DNA of 64,000 bases from an uncultured Gammaproteobacteria bacterium (GTDB lineage Bacteria > Pseudomonadota > Gammaproteobacteria > CAWCPV01), in assembly GCA_963797555.1 (NCBI GenBank), contig CAWCPV010000013.1:53262-117261 (forward strand), written 5' to 3'. The stretch's first letter is position 1. Every line of letters begins with the position of its first letter. Below are positions 42,301 through 52,447 of the stretch, piece by piece. The notes under the pieces were generated by a model, which saw nothing but the letters and a program-made list of their open reading frames with translations, did no database searches and had not been told where the DNA came from. Position numbers and translations under genes: made by a program.

Positions 42301-44579
42301 ATGCCGCATGCACCACTGCGCAGGGAAACCGGCTCCGGCCGATCCCCTGCGGGAAGCACCTCCCCGACGAAGGCCGCACTCGGATAGCCTGAGCGGCGCA
42401 GTTGGCCCAGACACGCCTCGCAACGATGCGCGGGAACGCTCGCGAGCAGGCCGCCTGCCGTTTGGGGATCGAACAGGAGCGGATAGAGCGCGTGCCCGGA
42501 GGCGCGTTCCACGTCCGCGACCGCGCGGCGCAGTCGGACATTCTGGGGTTGCAGGGAGCTGAAGATGCCGAGCCCTAGGGTCTCGATGGCGCCCTCCAGC
42601 ACCGGGAGAGCGTCCAGGTCGATGGCCACGTCGACCGCCGACGGCCGGGTCATCTCCAGCAGGTGCCCGAGCAGGCCGAAACCGGTGACGTCCGTGCAGG
42701 ACGTGGCCCCGTGTCGCCGCAAGATCTCAACCGCCACCCGGTTGGACAGCAGCATGGAGTCGATGGCGCCATCGATCCACCGGCCCTTCGCCTTGCGGCG
42801 CATGTCCGCCGCGAACAAAGTCCCTGTTCCCAGAGCTTTGGTGAGGATGATGCGGTCCCCGGCTTGCATACCCCCCTTGCGCAATATTCGATCCCGCTCC
42901 AGCAGGCCGTTTGCCACCAAGCCGAAGGCCAGCTCCGCTCCTTCGCTGGTATGGCCGCCCACCAGCGCCGCGCCACTTGCCCGCAGTACCTCCGCTGCAC
43001 CGGCCATGAGCTGGTAGAGCTGCTCTTCCACTTTGGCCTCCAAGCCATAGGGCACCGTGGCCACGGCGAGCGCCGATTGGGGCTCCGCCCCCATGGCGTA
43101 GATGTCCCCTAAGCTGTGATTCGCGGCGATGCGCCCGAACAGGTAGGGGTCATCGAGGAACGCCCTGAAGAAGTCTACGGTGTGCACGATGAGCGTTTCA
43201 GGGGGTACCGCCATCACTGCGGCGTCGTCCGGCTGGTCCAGGCCGATCACAACGTCCTGCCGCACGACCGGCTGCAGCCGGGCGAGCACCCGCGAGAGTA
43301 TGGTGCTCCCCACCTTGGCGCCGCAGCCGCCGCAACGCATGGCGACGGCTGAGATCTCACGCAGGGCGTCCGCTCCCGCAACACCCGGGGCGACCACCAC
43401 TTGCGGCTCCGCCACCATCTCCGGCAGCTCGTTGTACCGCGCCATGAAGCGCCGATCGATCCCGTCCTTTATTCGCCACAGCCAGCGTCCCTGCGCCGAC
43501 CATGGGCCGCGCGAAGCCACCGCACAGCCGTCACCGGTGCCGATGAGGCTGAGAAACTGACGCTGCGGCCGAAAACGCCTCAGTGCCCGGCCACCGAGTG
43601 TGCGCCTCAGGTTATCGGCCAGGGGAGGACCCTGACGAACGGCGAATACGCCCGATTTTGGGCGGGGAAACTCGACCATGGACGCCACGTCGCCAGCCGC
43701 AAACACACCCTCGTGGGAAAGGGACTGCAGGTGGGCATCGACCCGCACGAAGCCGCGCTCGTCGGTTGTCAGGCCAGACTCCCGGATCCAGGGCGGCGCG
43801 ACGGCATGCGTCACCCAGAACAGGACATCGAACGTGATCTCTTCGCCGCGGGCACAAACCAGTCTGCCCGGCTCGACCCGCACCACGCGGCTGCCCGGAT
43901 GCACACGGATGCCGCGTCGCGCCAAAATGCGCTCGAGCCTTCGCCGTACACCCGCGTTGTGTGTTGGCAGAATATGGGGGGTGTCCGTGATGAGGTCGAA
44001 CAGCGCACCGGTGCGGCCAGGCCCCGCGTCCTGCAGCTCACGCTGCAGCCGGTACTGCGCGCACAGACTCAGTTCCACCCCGCCCGCGCCGCCTCCGACG
44101 ACTGCAATGCGAAATTTCCACTGCGCCTCTCGCGCGCGTTGCAGCACCGCCTCCCAACGCTCCACAAACCGATCCACGGGCTTGACCGGGATCGCGTACC
44201 GGTCAGCCCCGCTCGCCTCGGCGATGGCGGGCGTGGACCCGGTGTTGATGGACAGCACGTCATAAGGCACCGGCGGCCGGTCAGCGCAGAGGACCCGGCG
44301 CGCGGCCAAGTCGAGGCCAGTCACTTCCGCGTGATAGAGGCGGGCGCCGGCCAGATGGCTCAGCGGTCGCAGGTCGACGTGACAGTCGTCGTAGCTGTAA
44401 TGGCCGGCGATGAAGCCGGGCAACATCCCCGAGTACGGAGTATGGATGTTGCGGCTTACCACGGTCAGACGCACTCCCGCCAGCGGCTTCATGGCAAAGC
44501 GCCGCAGGACGGCCACGTGGCTGTGGCCGCCGCCGAGCAGGACCAAGTCCTTGACTACTGGGCTCTGCGTAACTTGCAC
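42297..44579 (-). CDS. selD: FAD-dependent oxidoreductase fused to selenide, water dikinase (SenC-type)
   Basis: LLGGGHSH, YSGMLPG, GGGAGG, GVFAVRQG; MRCGGCGAKVG, DDAA, GGHT, TDVTGFGLLGH, DPQTAGGLL. Confidence 0.9.
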   Translation of the reverse strand: MQVTQSPVVKDLVLLGGGHSHVAVLRRFAMKPLAGVRLTVVSRNIHTPYSGMLPGFIAGHYSYDDCHVDLRPLSHLAGARLYHAEVTGLDLAARRVLCADRPPVPYDVLSINTGSTPAIAEASGADRYAIPVKPVDRFVERWEAVLQRAREAQWKFRIAVVGGGAGGVELSLCAQYRLQRELQDAGPGRTGALFDLITDTPHILPTHNAGVRRRLERILARRGIRVHPGSRVVRVEPGRLVCARGEEITFDVLFWVTHAVAPPWIRESGLTTDERGFVRVDAHLQSLSHEGVFAAGDVASMVEFPRPKSGVFAVRQGPPLADNLRRTLGGRALRRFRPQRQFLSLIGTGDGCAVASRGPWSAQGRWLWRIKDGIDRRFMARYNELPEMVAEPQVVVAPGVAGADALREISAVAMRCGGCGAKVGSTILSRVLARLQPVVRQDVVIGLDQPDDAAVMAVPPETLIVHTVDFFRAFLDDPYLFGRIAANHSLGDIYAMGAEPQSALAVATVPYGLEAKVEEQLYQLMAGAAEVLRASGAALVGGHTSEGAELAFGLVANGLLERDRILRKGGMQAGDRIILTKALGTGTLFAADMRRKAKGRWIDGAIDSMLLSNRVAVEILRRHGATSCTDVTGFGLLGHLLEMTRPSAVDVAIDLDALPVLEGAIETLGLGIFSSLQPQNVRLRRAVADVERASGHALYPLLFDPQTAGGLLASVPAHRCEACLGQLRRSGYPSAAFVGEVLPAGDRPEPVSLRSGACGI

Positions 44580-44749
44580 GTCAGCCGAGACTCGATGAGT
44601 CCACGCCGGGGTGGGCTGCCGGCCCGAGCGCGACCGGACGCACGGGCAGCGCATCCGCATGGATGGCGCGCGTCGGCTCCGGGAGATTCTTGCGCGTGTC
44701 GGCTCGCCACCCCTCTGGCCCATTTCGCTGCGCCGCTCGGGGCACAGCC

Positions 44750-45307
44750 TCAGGACGATGGCCTGGCGGCCCCTTTGGGGCGAAAGGCGCGCAGAACCTC
44801 GGGGGTGGTCTCGAGGTACGGACCGCCAATCAGGTCGATGCAATAGGGGATTGCAGGGAAGACTGCCTCCAGGCACTCCTTGATGGCCGCAGGCTTGCCG
44901 GGGAGGTTCACGATGAGGGACCGGCCCCGGATGCCGGCTATCTGCCTGGACAGGATGGCGGTGGGGACATGCCGCAAGGAGACGGCGCGCATCTGCTCTC
45001 CGAAGCCGTCTAGGATTTTGTCGCACACGGCTTCAGTGGCCTCGGGCGTAACGTCCCGGGGGGCCGGTCCGGTCCCGCCGGTGGTCACCACGAGGCAACA
45101 GCCCGCGTGGTCGCACAGGTCGCGTAGCGCGCCCTCGATCTGGGGCTGCTCGTCGGGGACGATGCGGGCGACCGCCTCCCAGGGCGTGGAGAGGATGCGT
45201 TCCAGTTCCTCGCGGATCGCGGGCCCGCCCAGATCCTCGTATGCACCCCGGCTGGCGCGGTCCGAGATGGTCACGATCCCGATGCTCGCCCTGTCTTCGT
45301 GAGTCAT
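44750..45307 (-). CDS. mog: molybdopterin adenylyltransferase
   Basis: SDRASRG.YED..GP, TTGGTGPAPRDVTPEAT, PTAILSRQ, NLPGKP. Confidence 0.93.
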   Translation of the reverse strand: MTHEDRASIGIVTISDRASRGAYEDLGGPAIREELERILSTPWEAVARIVPDEQPQIEGALRDLCDHAGCCLVVTTGGTGPAPRDVTPEATEAVCDKILDGFGEQMRAVSLRHVPTAILSRQIAGIRGRSLIVNLPGKPAAIKECLEAVFPAIPYCIDLIGGPYLETTPEVLRAFRPKGAARPSS

Positions 45308-45352
45308 CCATTCCCTGCGCGGCCGACACCGCCCAAGCCGGCGCCTATGCTA

Positions 45353-46465
45353 TCAACTGGGTCGGACGCGCGCAAAGTCTGCCAGCCGAACCGGCACGCG
45401 CCGCGCCCCCCAGCGCCCCGGCGCGGACTCGAATACGCCGGCACAGGGAGTCCCGCAGGCACTGCAGGTGCCGCCGGGGCCGATGTTCCATTCGGTGAGC
45501 ACGTACCAGTCGCGCCCGATGAGCTTCCCTCCACAGTGGTGACAGTAGGTGCTCTGACCCTCCTCGTCATATACGTTCCCCGTATACGCATAGCGCACGC
45601 CGTTCTTCAGCGCGATCTCGCGCGCCCGGCGCAGCGTAGCGGGTGGGGTCGACGGGGTGTCCATCATCTTGTAATCGGGATGGAACGCGGTGAAGTGCAG
45701 CGGAACATCGGGCCCGAGGCGCTCCACCACCCAGCGGCTCAAGGCTTCCAGCTCCGTCCCGGAATCGTTCTCCCCCGGTATGACCAGGGTAGTGATCTCG
45801 AACCAGACATCCGTCTCGTGTTTCAGGTACTCGAGGGTATCCAGAACCGGCTGCAGGTGTCCGCCGGTCAGCTTGAAATAGAAACGCTCGGTGAACCCCT
45901 TCAAGTCCACGTTGGCGGCGTCCATGTGGCGGTAGAACTCGGCGCGGGGCTCCTTGCACATATAGCCCGCCGTCACGGCCACAGAGCTAATCTCCCGCTG
46001 GCGGCATGCCTTGGCGGTATCGATGGCATACTCCATGAAGATCACGGGGTCATTGTAGGTATAGGCGACGCTGCGACATCCTAGCTCCTGGGCGGCACGG
46101 GCGATCAACCCCGGGGGCGCCGCATCCGCCAGGGTATCGATCTCTCTGGACTTGCTGATGTCCCAATTCTGGCAGAACTTGCAGGCCAAGTTACAACCTG
46201 CGGTACCGAAGGACAATACGGAGGTGCCCGGCAAGAAGTGATTCAAGGGCTTCTTCTCGATGGGGTCGATGCAATACCCGCTGGAACGCCCGTAGGTGGT
46301 CAAGACAATCCGATCGCCCTGTCGAGCACGCACGAAGCAAAGCCCACGCTGACCTTCGTGGAGCTTGCACAACCGCGGACAGACATCGCACTGGACGCGT
46401 CCGCCCTCTAGCATGTGCCAATACTTGGTCGGCACGACGTGGGAGTTGGAGAGGTCGCCGCTCAC
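45353..46465 (-). CDS. amrS: AmmeMemoRadiSam system radical SAM enzyme
   Basis: C..CP..C, DPIEKKPLNHF, GCNLACKFCQNWDIS, YTYNDP, FHPDY, YTGNV. Confidence 0.88.
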   Translation of the reverse strand: MSGDLSNSHVVPTKYWHMLEGGRVQCDVCPRLCKLHEGQRGLCFVRARQGDRIVLTTYGRSSGYCIDPIEKKPLNHFLPGTSVLSFGTAGCNLACKFCQNWDISKSREIDTLADAAPPGLIARAAQELGCRSVAYTYNDPVIFMEYAIDTAKACRQREISSVAVTAGYMCKEPRAEFYRHMDAANVDLKGFTERFYFKLTGGHLQPVLDTLEYLKHETDVWFEITTLVIPGENDSGTELEALSRWVVERLGPDVPLHFTAFHPDYKMMDTPSTPPATLRRAREIALKNGVRYAYTGNVYDEEGQSTYCHHCGGKLIGRDWYVLTEWNIGPGGTCSACGTPCAGVFESAPGRWGARRVPVRLADFARVRPS

Positions 46466-46549
46466 GTGTGATCACCGATATCGAAGGAAAGGTAGTACCT
46501 CTATTCAATATAGACCGCCGGAGCAGCTTTCAGTCCCCGCACCGCCGTC

Positions 46550-47400
46550 CCGTCAACCCAAAGTAGAAATGTCCCCTTCTTCTGCAAGGGGGCGAGGCGG
46601 GCGATGGCTTGGTCGACCCGTTGGTTGAGCGTCTTGTCACCGGCGCTGCGCTCGGCGGGCCCGTCGCGGCGCGGCGCACCTACGCCGCGAGCACACCGAG
46701 ATAGGCCTGGCTCGACTCCACCGGCACGAAGCGCGCGGCCCCCGGCCCTCGGTGCAGAGAATCTCTGCGGCCTTGCAGGGTGAGGCTGACTAAGCGGTGA
46801 AGCTTGTGTTGCTTGACCGGCGCTCGAGCTGCGAGAGCCCGGCCTCGGGACGGGCTCGCGGGGCGTGGCTCGACGAAGCGGTTGCGTTGCTCGATGCTCT
46901 CACGCGGACGCTGGAGCTTGGCCTCGCGGCGCAGGTGTTCCCGGTGTCTCACCGCCTCATTGCGGCGCAGGACGCTGTCCGCATGCTCCACCTCGTGCAA
47001 CTCGGTATCAAGAGATCCGGCTGCAGCACGCCTTCCTTGAGGATCGCCCGCACCTGGGCATTGGTCAACGCCGTGATGTATTTCCAGCTCTCGGCCGAGA
47101 GCGCCTCCTTGCCCTTGGCCTTGATCATGCCGCGGTCGCCGACCAGACCACCTCTTCAACGTCTCAAGGCTTGCGAGAGCCCAAGCCGGTCCGCCAACTG
47201 CTTCAACGCGAACAGCACCCCGAAGACCCGGCCACTGACCGGATCTCCTCCCAGGCCATCGAAGTCCCCCTTCAGTGCCCGGGGCAGAACCTCGAAGCGT
47301 TGCGGTTCCCAGCCAGTCAAATTCGCCAACGTGAGCGTGCGAACCTTGCCGCCCTCTCGCAATACACTTTGGGCCAGAAAACCAGATTCTTACAAACTAT
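46550..47400 (-). mobile_element. IS debris: IS1634-family transposase fragments plus a possible orphan IS end near 46551
   Basis: TLANLTGW..ALKG, VVGDRGMIK..YITALT fragments with deletions; GTCAACCCAAAGTAGAAATGTCC resembles an IS terminus; limits approximate. Confidence 0.6.
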
Positions 47401-47533
47401 CAACCACCCCCCCCGACGAGCGCGCTCCCCGGTGAGGGTGTTCTTAAACTTCCGAGGATGACCGTGCGATGGGGTGTGCGGTGATCAGGCGCGAAGGGCG
47501 GCGGCGCCCGACGTTGGATCGCTATCCAGCGCC

Positions 47534-48193
47534 TCAGCCATCCGGGGTGAAGCCGACCTTCTTGTGAGTGCCGTCGCAAAAGGGCTTGTTCTGCGAGCTG
47601 CCACAGCGGCAGAGCCAAGCCTCCCGAGTGCGCATCGCCTCGCGCCCGCTCCCGGCGCAGACGGTGACCGGTCCCTGGACCTGCAGTGGTCCGTTCTTGA
47701 GGACCGTGATCTCGAGTGGCCCGGGCCCGAAATCCAGGGTGGCGTCGGGGTCCGCGTTCACCGGGCCCGCGTCCGTGAACTGGGCCTCGACGTGGCTGCG
47801 GTCACAGATCGGTTTGTGCTTCGAGTGCCCGCAGCGACAGAGGGCCACGCGGTACGCGCTCAGCAGCTCGGCACCATCCGCCCCGACGACCTTCACGTCG
47901 CCACGCACATAGATCGGGCCATCGGGGCTAATGACGATGCTGTTGTGCGCCGGCGCCCGCTCCTCGGGGCCGCCGTCCTTGCGCTGGTAGGTCAGGGCAC
48001 CGGTCGGGCAGCGCTGAATGATGCGCGCCACCACCTCGACCCCGTCCAGATTGGGGTCGACCCAGGGGTCCTTGCTGATGTCGAAGACCCTGCTGTGGCT
48101 GCGCCCGCACTCCGCAGCATGGATGCAGCGGCGGCGGTCATAGGTGATGGTGAGCTGGTCGCCCTCGTAGACGCTGACAATCTCCTGTGCCAT
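47534..48193 (-). CDS. divergent 4Fe-4S domain + two CDGSH iron-sulfur domains
   Basis: CIHAAEC..CPTGAL; LCRCGHSKHKPICDRSH; LCRCGSSQNKPFCDGTH. Confidence 0.88.
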   Translation of the reverse strand: MAQEIVSVYEGDQLTITYDRRRCIHAAECGRSHSRVFDISKDPWVDPNLDGVEVVARIIQRCPTGALTYQRKDGGPEERAPAHNSIVISPDGPIYVRGDVKVVGADGAELLSAYRVALCRCGHSKHKPICDRSHVEAQFTDAGPVNADPDATLDFGPGPLEITVLKNGPLQVQGPVTVCAGSGREAMRTREAWLCRCGSSQNKPFCDGTHKKVGFTPDG

Positions 48194-48368
48194 GAATAGC
48201 CTCCTCGGTCGCTGACTCTGCCCCGACTCTGGGGTAAACCCAGCTTTATACGCCTTAGCGCTTGCAAGAAACAGCCAGAGGATGTCGGGGTTTCAGCGGT
48301 CGTTCGCAAGCGCTCAGCGGCGTGTAAACTGTACGGCGTCCCGAGCTTGATTTCCCCGGGGGACTGCC

Positions 48369-49082
48369 ATGTCTGAGGAGTCGAAGGTCGCCGTAGTCAC
48401 TGGAGCCAACCGCGGGCTTGGCTTCGAGACCTGCCGCCAGCTCGCCAGGCGGGGGATCCGGGTGGTCCTCACCGCCCGCGACCCCGACAACGGCAAGGCG
48501 GCAGCGGAGACGTTGCGGGGCGAAGGCCTCGACATCCTGTTCCGAGCCCTGTCGGTCACGGATGTCGAAGGCATCCATGGGCTTGCGGACTTCCTACGCG
48601 CCGACATCGGGGGGCTCGACATCCTGGTCAACAACGCCGGCATCCTGCCCGATGCGCACGCGGCCAGCAGCATCTTCGCGGCTGATCTCGACCGAATTCG
48701 CGCGGCGATGGAGACCAATGCCTACGCAGCCTTGTCTCTGGCCCAGGCGCTCGTTCCGCTGATGAAGGCGCGCGGTTACGGGCGCATCGTGAACGTCTCA
48801 TCCGGCATGGGGCAGCTCTCGGACATGAATGGGGGCTATCCGGCGTACCGCTTGTCCAAGCTCGCCTTGAACGGGGTCACTCGGATCCTGGCCGATGAGC
48901 TCGCCGGCACCAACATCAAGGTCAACTCGGTATGCCCCGGCTGGGTACGCACCCGGATGGGTGGGCCCAACGCGCTGCGCACCCCCGCCGAAGGGGCGGA
49001 CACCATCGTGTGGCTCGCCACCCTCCCTGATGAGGGACCCAGCGGCGGATTCTTCCGCGACCGCCAGCCGATCCCGTGGTGA
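48369..49082 (+). CDS. short-chain dehydrogenase/reductase
   Basis: TGANRGLG, NNAG, YRLSK, PGWVRT. Confidence 0.92.
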   Translation: MSEESKVAVVTGANRGLGFETCRQLARRGIRVVLTARDPDNGKAAAETLRGEGLDILFRALSVTDVEGIHGLADFLRADIGGLDILVNNAGILPDAHAASSIFAADLDRIRAAMETNAYAALSLAQALVPLMKARGYGRIVNVSSGMGQLSDMNGGYPAYRLSKLALNGVTRILADELAGTNIKVNSVCPGWVRTRMGGPNALRTPAEGADTIVWLATLPDEGPSGGFFRDRQPIPW

Positions 49083-49107
49083 CGCCCATCGGCGCAGGAG
49101 GGCAGCA

Positions 49108-49617
49108 ATGACTGAGTGGGCTCCAGTGGTGTGCTATTCCCACGGTCAGGAAAGCGGTCCGTGGGGCAGCAAGATCCGCGCGCTGGCCGAGGTCGCCCGC
49201 GAATATGGCTTTGGGGTCGTTTCCATCGACTACGCCGGCGAGCCCGACCCGGAGCGGCGCGTGGAGAAACTGCTCGGGCAGTGCCCGCGAGACGCCCGCC
49301 CGCTCGTGCTGGTGGGGTCGAGCATGGGGGGCTACGTGGCCACGGCCGCTGCCCGGGCGCTGCGCCCGGAGGCGCTGTTCCTCATGGCACCCGCGTTTTA
49401 CATGGGAGGCTTCGAGGCGCCTCCACCGGGTGCCGCACGCACGATGATCGTCCATGGCTGGGGCGATGACGTGGTGCCGGTCGAGAACAGCGTCCGCTTC
49501 GCCCGTGCGTTCAAGTCGAGGCTGCTCCTGGTAGACGACGGCCACCGGCTGAGCGAGAGCATACCCTTGCTGCGCGAGCAATTCGCGATGCTGCTCCGCG
49601 ACCTCGCCCACTCTTGA
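49108..49617 (+). CDS. alpha/beta hydrolase (YqiA-like)
   Basis: HGQESGP, GSSMGG nucleophile elbow, HGWGDDVV, GHRL. Confidence 0.85.
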   Translation: MTEWAPVVCYSHGQESGPWGSKIRALAEVAREYGFGVVSIDYAGEPDPERRVEKLLGQCPRDARPLVLVGSSMGGYVATAAARALRPEALFLMAPAFYMGGFEAPPPGAARTMIVHGWGDDVVPVENSVRFARAFKSRLLLVDDGHRLSESIPLLREQFAMLLRDLAHS

Positions 49618-49958
49618 GCCGTAGCCCCAGGACGCGAAGCGCCCGGTCGTGCCGCGCGGCGTCGATAGAGCCGGGGAGCATTGCGGCTCGGACGCCTCCC
49701 AGGCCCGTGCGCCAAAAGCTCACGGCGTGGCTGGTTGCTCCCTCCCGAGCGGCGAAGGCAGGCTCCCGGCCGCGTCTGCGACCCATGTGGGGGGGGCGGC
49801 CCCGGGACAGAGACGGCGGTGCACCGGGCGCGGGCGTGAGGCGCTGGGGCGGCTCGTGCTGTGCTAGGCAAGGGGCAGCGCCGTTGAACGCGGATACTCG
49901 CACGCCACGCCCGGCTCTGCCTTCGCCCCTGAAGGGGCTTCGAGGGGAGGCGCATCCC

Positions 49959-51458
49959 GTGACATCGAAGGGCCTGACTGAGCTGCTTTCGTTCCTAAAG
50001 ACACCCCTGGATACGCTGCTCGCACCCGAGCGGCGGCCCGCGGCGGAGGCACGTGTGCTGGCGCTGTTTCGCTCCGTGGCGCAGGAGGTCCCGGCGTACC
50101 GCGGGTTCCTGGAAGCGCAAGGCGTAGATCCCGGTGCCGTGCAGACCTTCGACGAGTTCCAGCGCCTGCCGCTCGTGACCAAGGACAATTACCTGCGTGC
50201 TTACCCTCTGGCCGAGCGGTGTCGGCATGGCCGGCTGCAGGATACGCACATGGTGGCGGTCTCGTCAGGCTCGACCGGCCAGCCCATGTTCTGGCCGCGT
50301 ACCCTCGTTCACGAGCTGGAGGTCGCGGCGCGTTTCGAGCAGGTGTTCCGCGACGGATTCCGCGCCGATGAACGCGCGACGCTCGCCGTCGTCTGCTTCG
50401 CCATGGGGACCTGGGTAGGCGGCATGTACACGGCGCAGTGCTGCCGCTACCTGAGCCAGAAGGGGTACCCTCTCACCGTGGTCACGCCCGGCAACAACAA
50501 GCGGGAGATCCTCCGGGTGGTCACCGAGCTTGGGCCAGCCTTCGACCAAGTGGTCCTGCTGGGCTACCCGCCGTTCGTCAAGGACGTGATCGACTCCGGT
50601 CTGGCGGAAGGGCTGGACTGGCGGCGGCTATGCGTGAAACTGGTGTTCGCCGGCGAGGTGTTCAGCGAGGAGTGGCGGGCCATGGTCTGCGACCGGGTGG
50701 GCTCCACCGACCCTTGCCGCGACACCGCCTCGCTCTACGGGACGGCCGATGCCGGCGTGCTGGGCAACGAGACCCCTCTCAGCATCGCCGTGCGCCGCAT
50801 GCTCGCGCGGCAGCCGGACGCGGCCCGTGAGCTGTTCGGCGAGTCGCGCCTCCCGACTCTGGTGCAATACGACCCGCACAGCCGCTTCTTCGAGGTCGTT
50901 GACGGAACGCTGGCGGTTTCGGCCGATGGTGGGGTGCCGCTCGTGCGCTACCACATCGCCGACCGCGGCGGGGTGATCGCCTATCGGCCGCTTCTGGATC
51001 TCATGCGGACCCGTGTGGGCGACCCGCTCGCCGAGATCCCGTCCGCGGACCGCGGAGTGCGGGAGCTTCCCTTCGTCTACGTGTTCGGTCGGGCGGACTT
51101 CACGGTGTCGTACTTCGGCGCCAATATTTATCCGGAGAACGTCACCGTCGGCTTGGAGCAGCCCGAGACCCGCGACTGGGTAACCGGCAAGTTCGTCCTC
51201 GAAGTGAACCAGACGGCGGACGGCAACGAATTCCTGAGCGTTGCGGTGGAGATGCTGCCCAGTGTGTCCGGGAGCGACGAGATCCGCGAGCAGCTCACGG
51301 AGTCGATCCTGCAGGAGCTGCTGCGGCTGAACAGCGAGTTCGCCCATTACGTCCCGCCCGAGTACCAGCGCCCGCTGCTGCAGCTCTTGCCCTTCGGTCA
51401 CCCCGACTACTTCCCAGCCGGCATCAAGCATCGCTACACGCGAAAAGCGCAGACCTAG
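49959..51458 (+). CDS. phenylacetate-CoA ligase family protein
   Basis: VPAYR, SSGSTG, GYPPF, YGTAD, RYHIAD, ANIYPE. Confidence 0.85.
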   Translation: MTSKGLTELLSFLKTPLDTLLAPERRPAAEARVLALFRSVAQEVPAYRGFLEAQGVDPGAVQTFDEFQRLPLVTKDNYLRAYPLAERCRHGRLQDTHMVAVSSGSTGQPMFWPRTLVHELEVAARFEQVFRDGFRADERATLAVVCFAMGTWVGGMYTAQCCRYLSQKGYPLTVVTPGNNKREILRVVTELGPAFDQVVLLGYPPFVKDVIDSGLAEGLDWRRLCVKLVFAGEVFSEEWRAMVCDRVGSTDPCRDTASLYGTADAGVLGNETPLSIAVRRMLARQPDAARELFGESRLPTLVQYDPHSRFFEVVDGTLAVSADGGVPLVRYHIADRGGVIAYRPLLDLMRTRVGDPLAEIPSADRGVRELPFVYVFGRADFTVSYFGANIYPENVTVGLEQPETRDWVTGKFVLEVNQTADGNEFLSVAVEMLPSVSGSDEIREQLTESILQELLRLNSEFAHYVPPEYQRPLLQLLPFGHPDYFPAGIKHRYTRKAQT

Positions 51459-51539
51459 CTAGGCCGGCCATCGGTATGCCCCGACGGATTTCCCGTCGGA
51501 CGAAAGGCATACGTTGCCAGCCAGCTCTATCATCTGCCT

Positions 51540-51703
51540 GCGGAGATCAACCCGGCGCGGGGAGGGATGGTGGAGCGTCCAGCGGATTATCCGTTGTCGA
51601 GCTACGGTTCAACGCGCAAGGAAGGCCCGATGCCATGGTTATGCCTCAGGCGCTCTGCCAGGAGCTGGGTCGCGATCCAGAGGAACGGCAGGCAGCTTAC
51701 TAA
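51540..51703 (+). pseudogene. REP-associated tyrosine transposase (RAYT) C-terminal fragment
   Basis: EINPARGGMVERPADYPLSSY, then after a frameshift NAQGRPD..LGRDPEERQAAY, matching the NPVRAG..YxWSS signature. Confidence 0.65.
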
Positions 51704-51831
51704 GGAACGGTTCACTAACAAGTTATCCAGCTTTCGTGGTGTAGAGTCTGAACCTGGGCCGATAGTTGCTTGAACGGGAACAATATTGATGCAAACATGA
51801 GGTCTGCTTAGCCCAGTCCGTGGGTAACGCC

Positions 51832-52368
51832 ATGAACGAGTTTCCCGGTTATGAAGCGTCGCACGAAGAATTCATGAGGCTCTATTGCCGTTCGTTGCCG
51901 GAGGACCATCGGCGGCGCTACGCGGCGCTTGAGGCGTTGAAGATCGGTTTCGGCGGCATCGCCTACGTGTCGCGGGTCTTGGGCATGAGCCGGTGCACGA
52001 TCTACACCGGGATTCGCGAGTTGGAGGACAACAAGGTCGACCCGGCCACCGGCACCATCCGCGCCCGCGCGGTGCTCGACAACCGCGACCGCGTGTTCAC
52101 GCCGGGGCTGTTCGCGCGCGTGAAGCTGCTCGGTAGCAGCAGGTTCCGCGCGCTGCTGGTGGACGACAAGGCCATCCTGACCGACCAGGATCGCAAGTAC
52201 GCCTATGTGCTCGGCCCCGAGAACCGAGCGCTTCGCCGCGATGTCAAGCTCGGGCGCAGGGTCGAAGGCTTGCGCATGGTGACCGAGGGCCTCGCCCCCG
52301 GGGACCACGTCATCGTCTACGGCTGCAGAAGATCTTCTTCCCCGGCCTGCCGGTCAAGGCGAAACTGA
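51832..52368 (+). pseudogene. chimera of an ISAzo13-like transposase N-terminus and an RND membrane-fusion protein C-terminus
   Basis: LPEDHRRRYAALEA..GFGGI..TIYTGIREL joined in frame to DNKVDPATGTIRARA..PGLFARV; frameshift near 52320. Confidence 0.72.
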
Positions 52369-52447
52369 TCACCATGGGCGATCCCCCGCCCGCGGGCCCC
52401 GGGCCGGGCGGGCAGGCCCGCACCGAGGCGACCCGGGAGCCGCGAGC

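Noticed and set aside
42297-45026. Selenocysteine recoding in selD and the long N-terminal extension in the ORF track
   Set aside because: The active-site motif uses Cys codons; the extension overlaps mog and the likely start is GTG 44579
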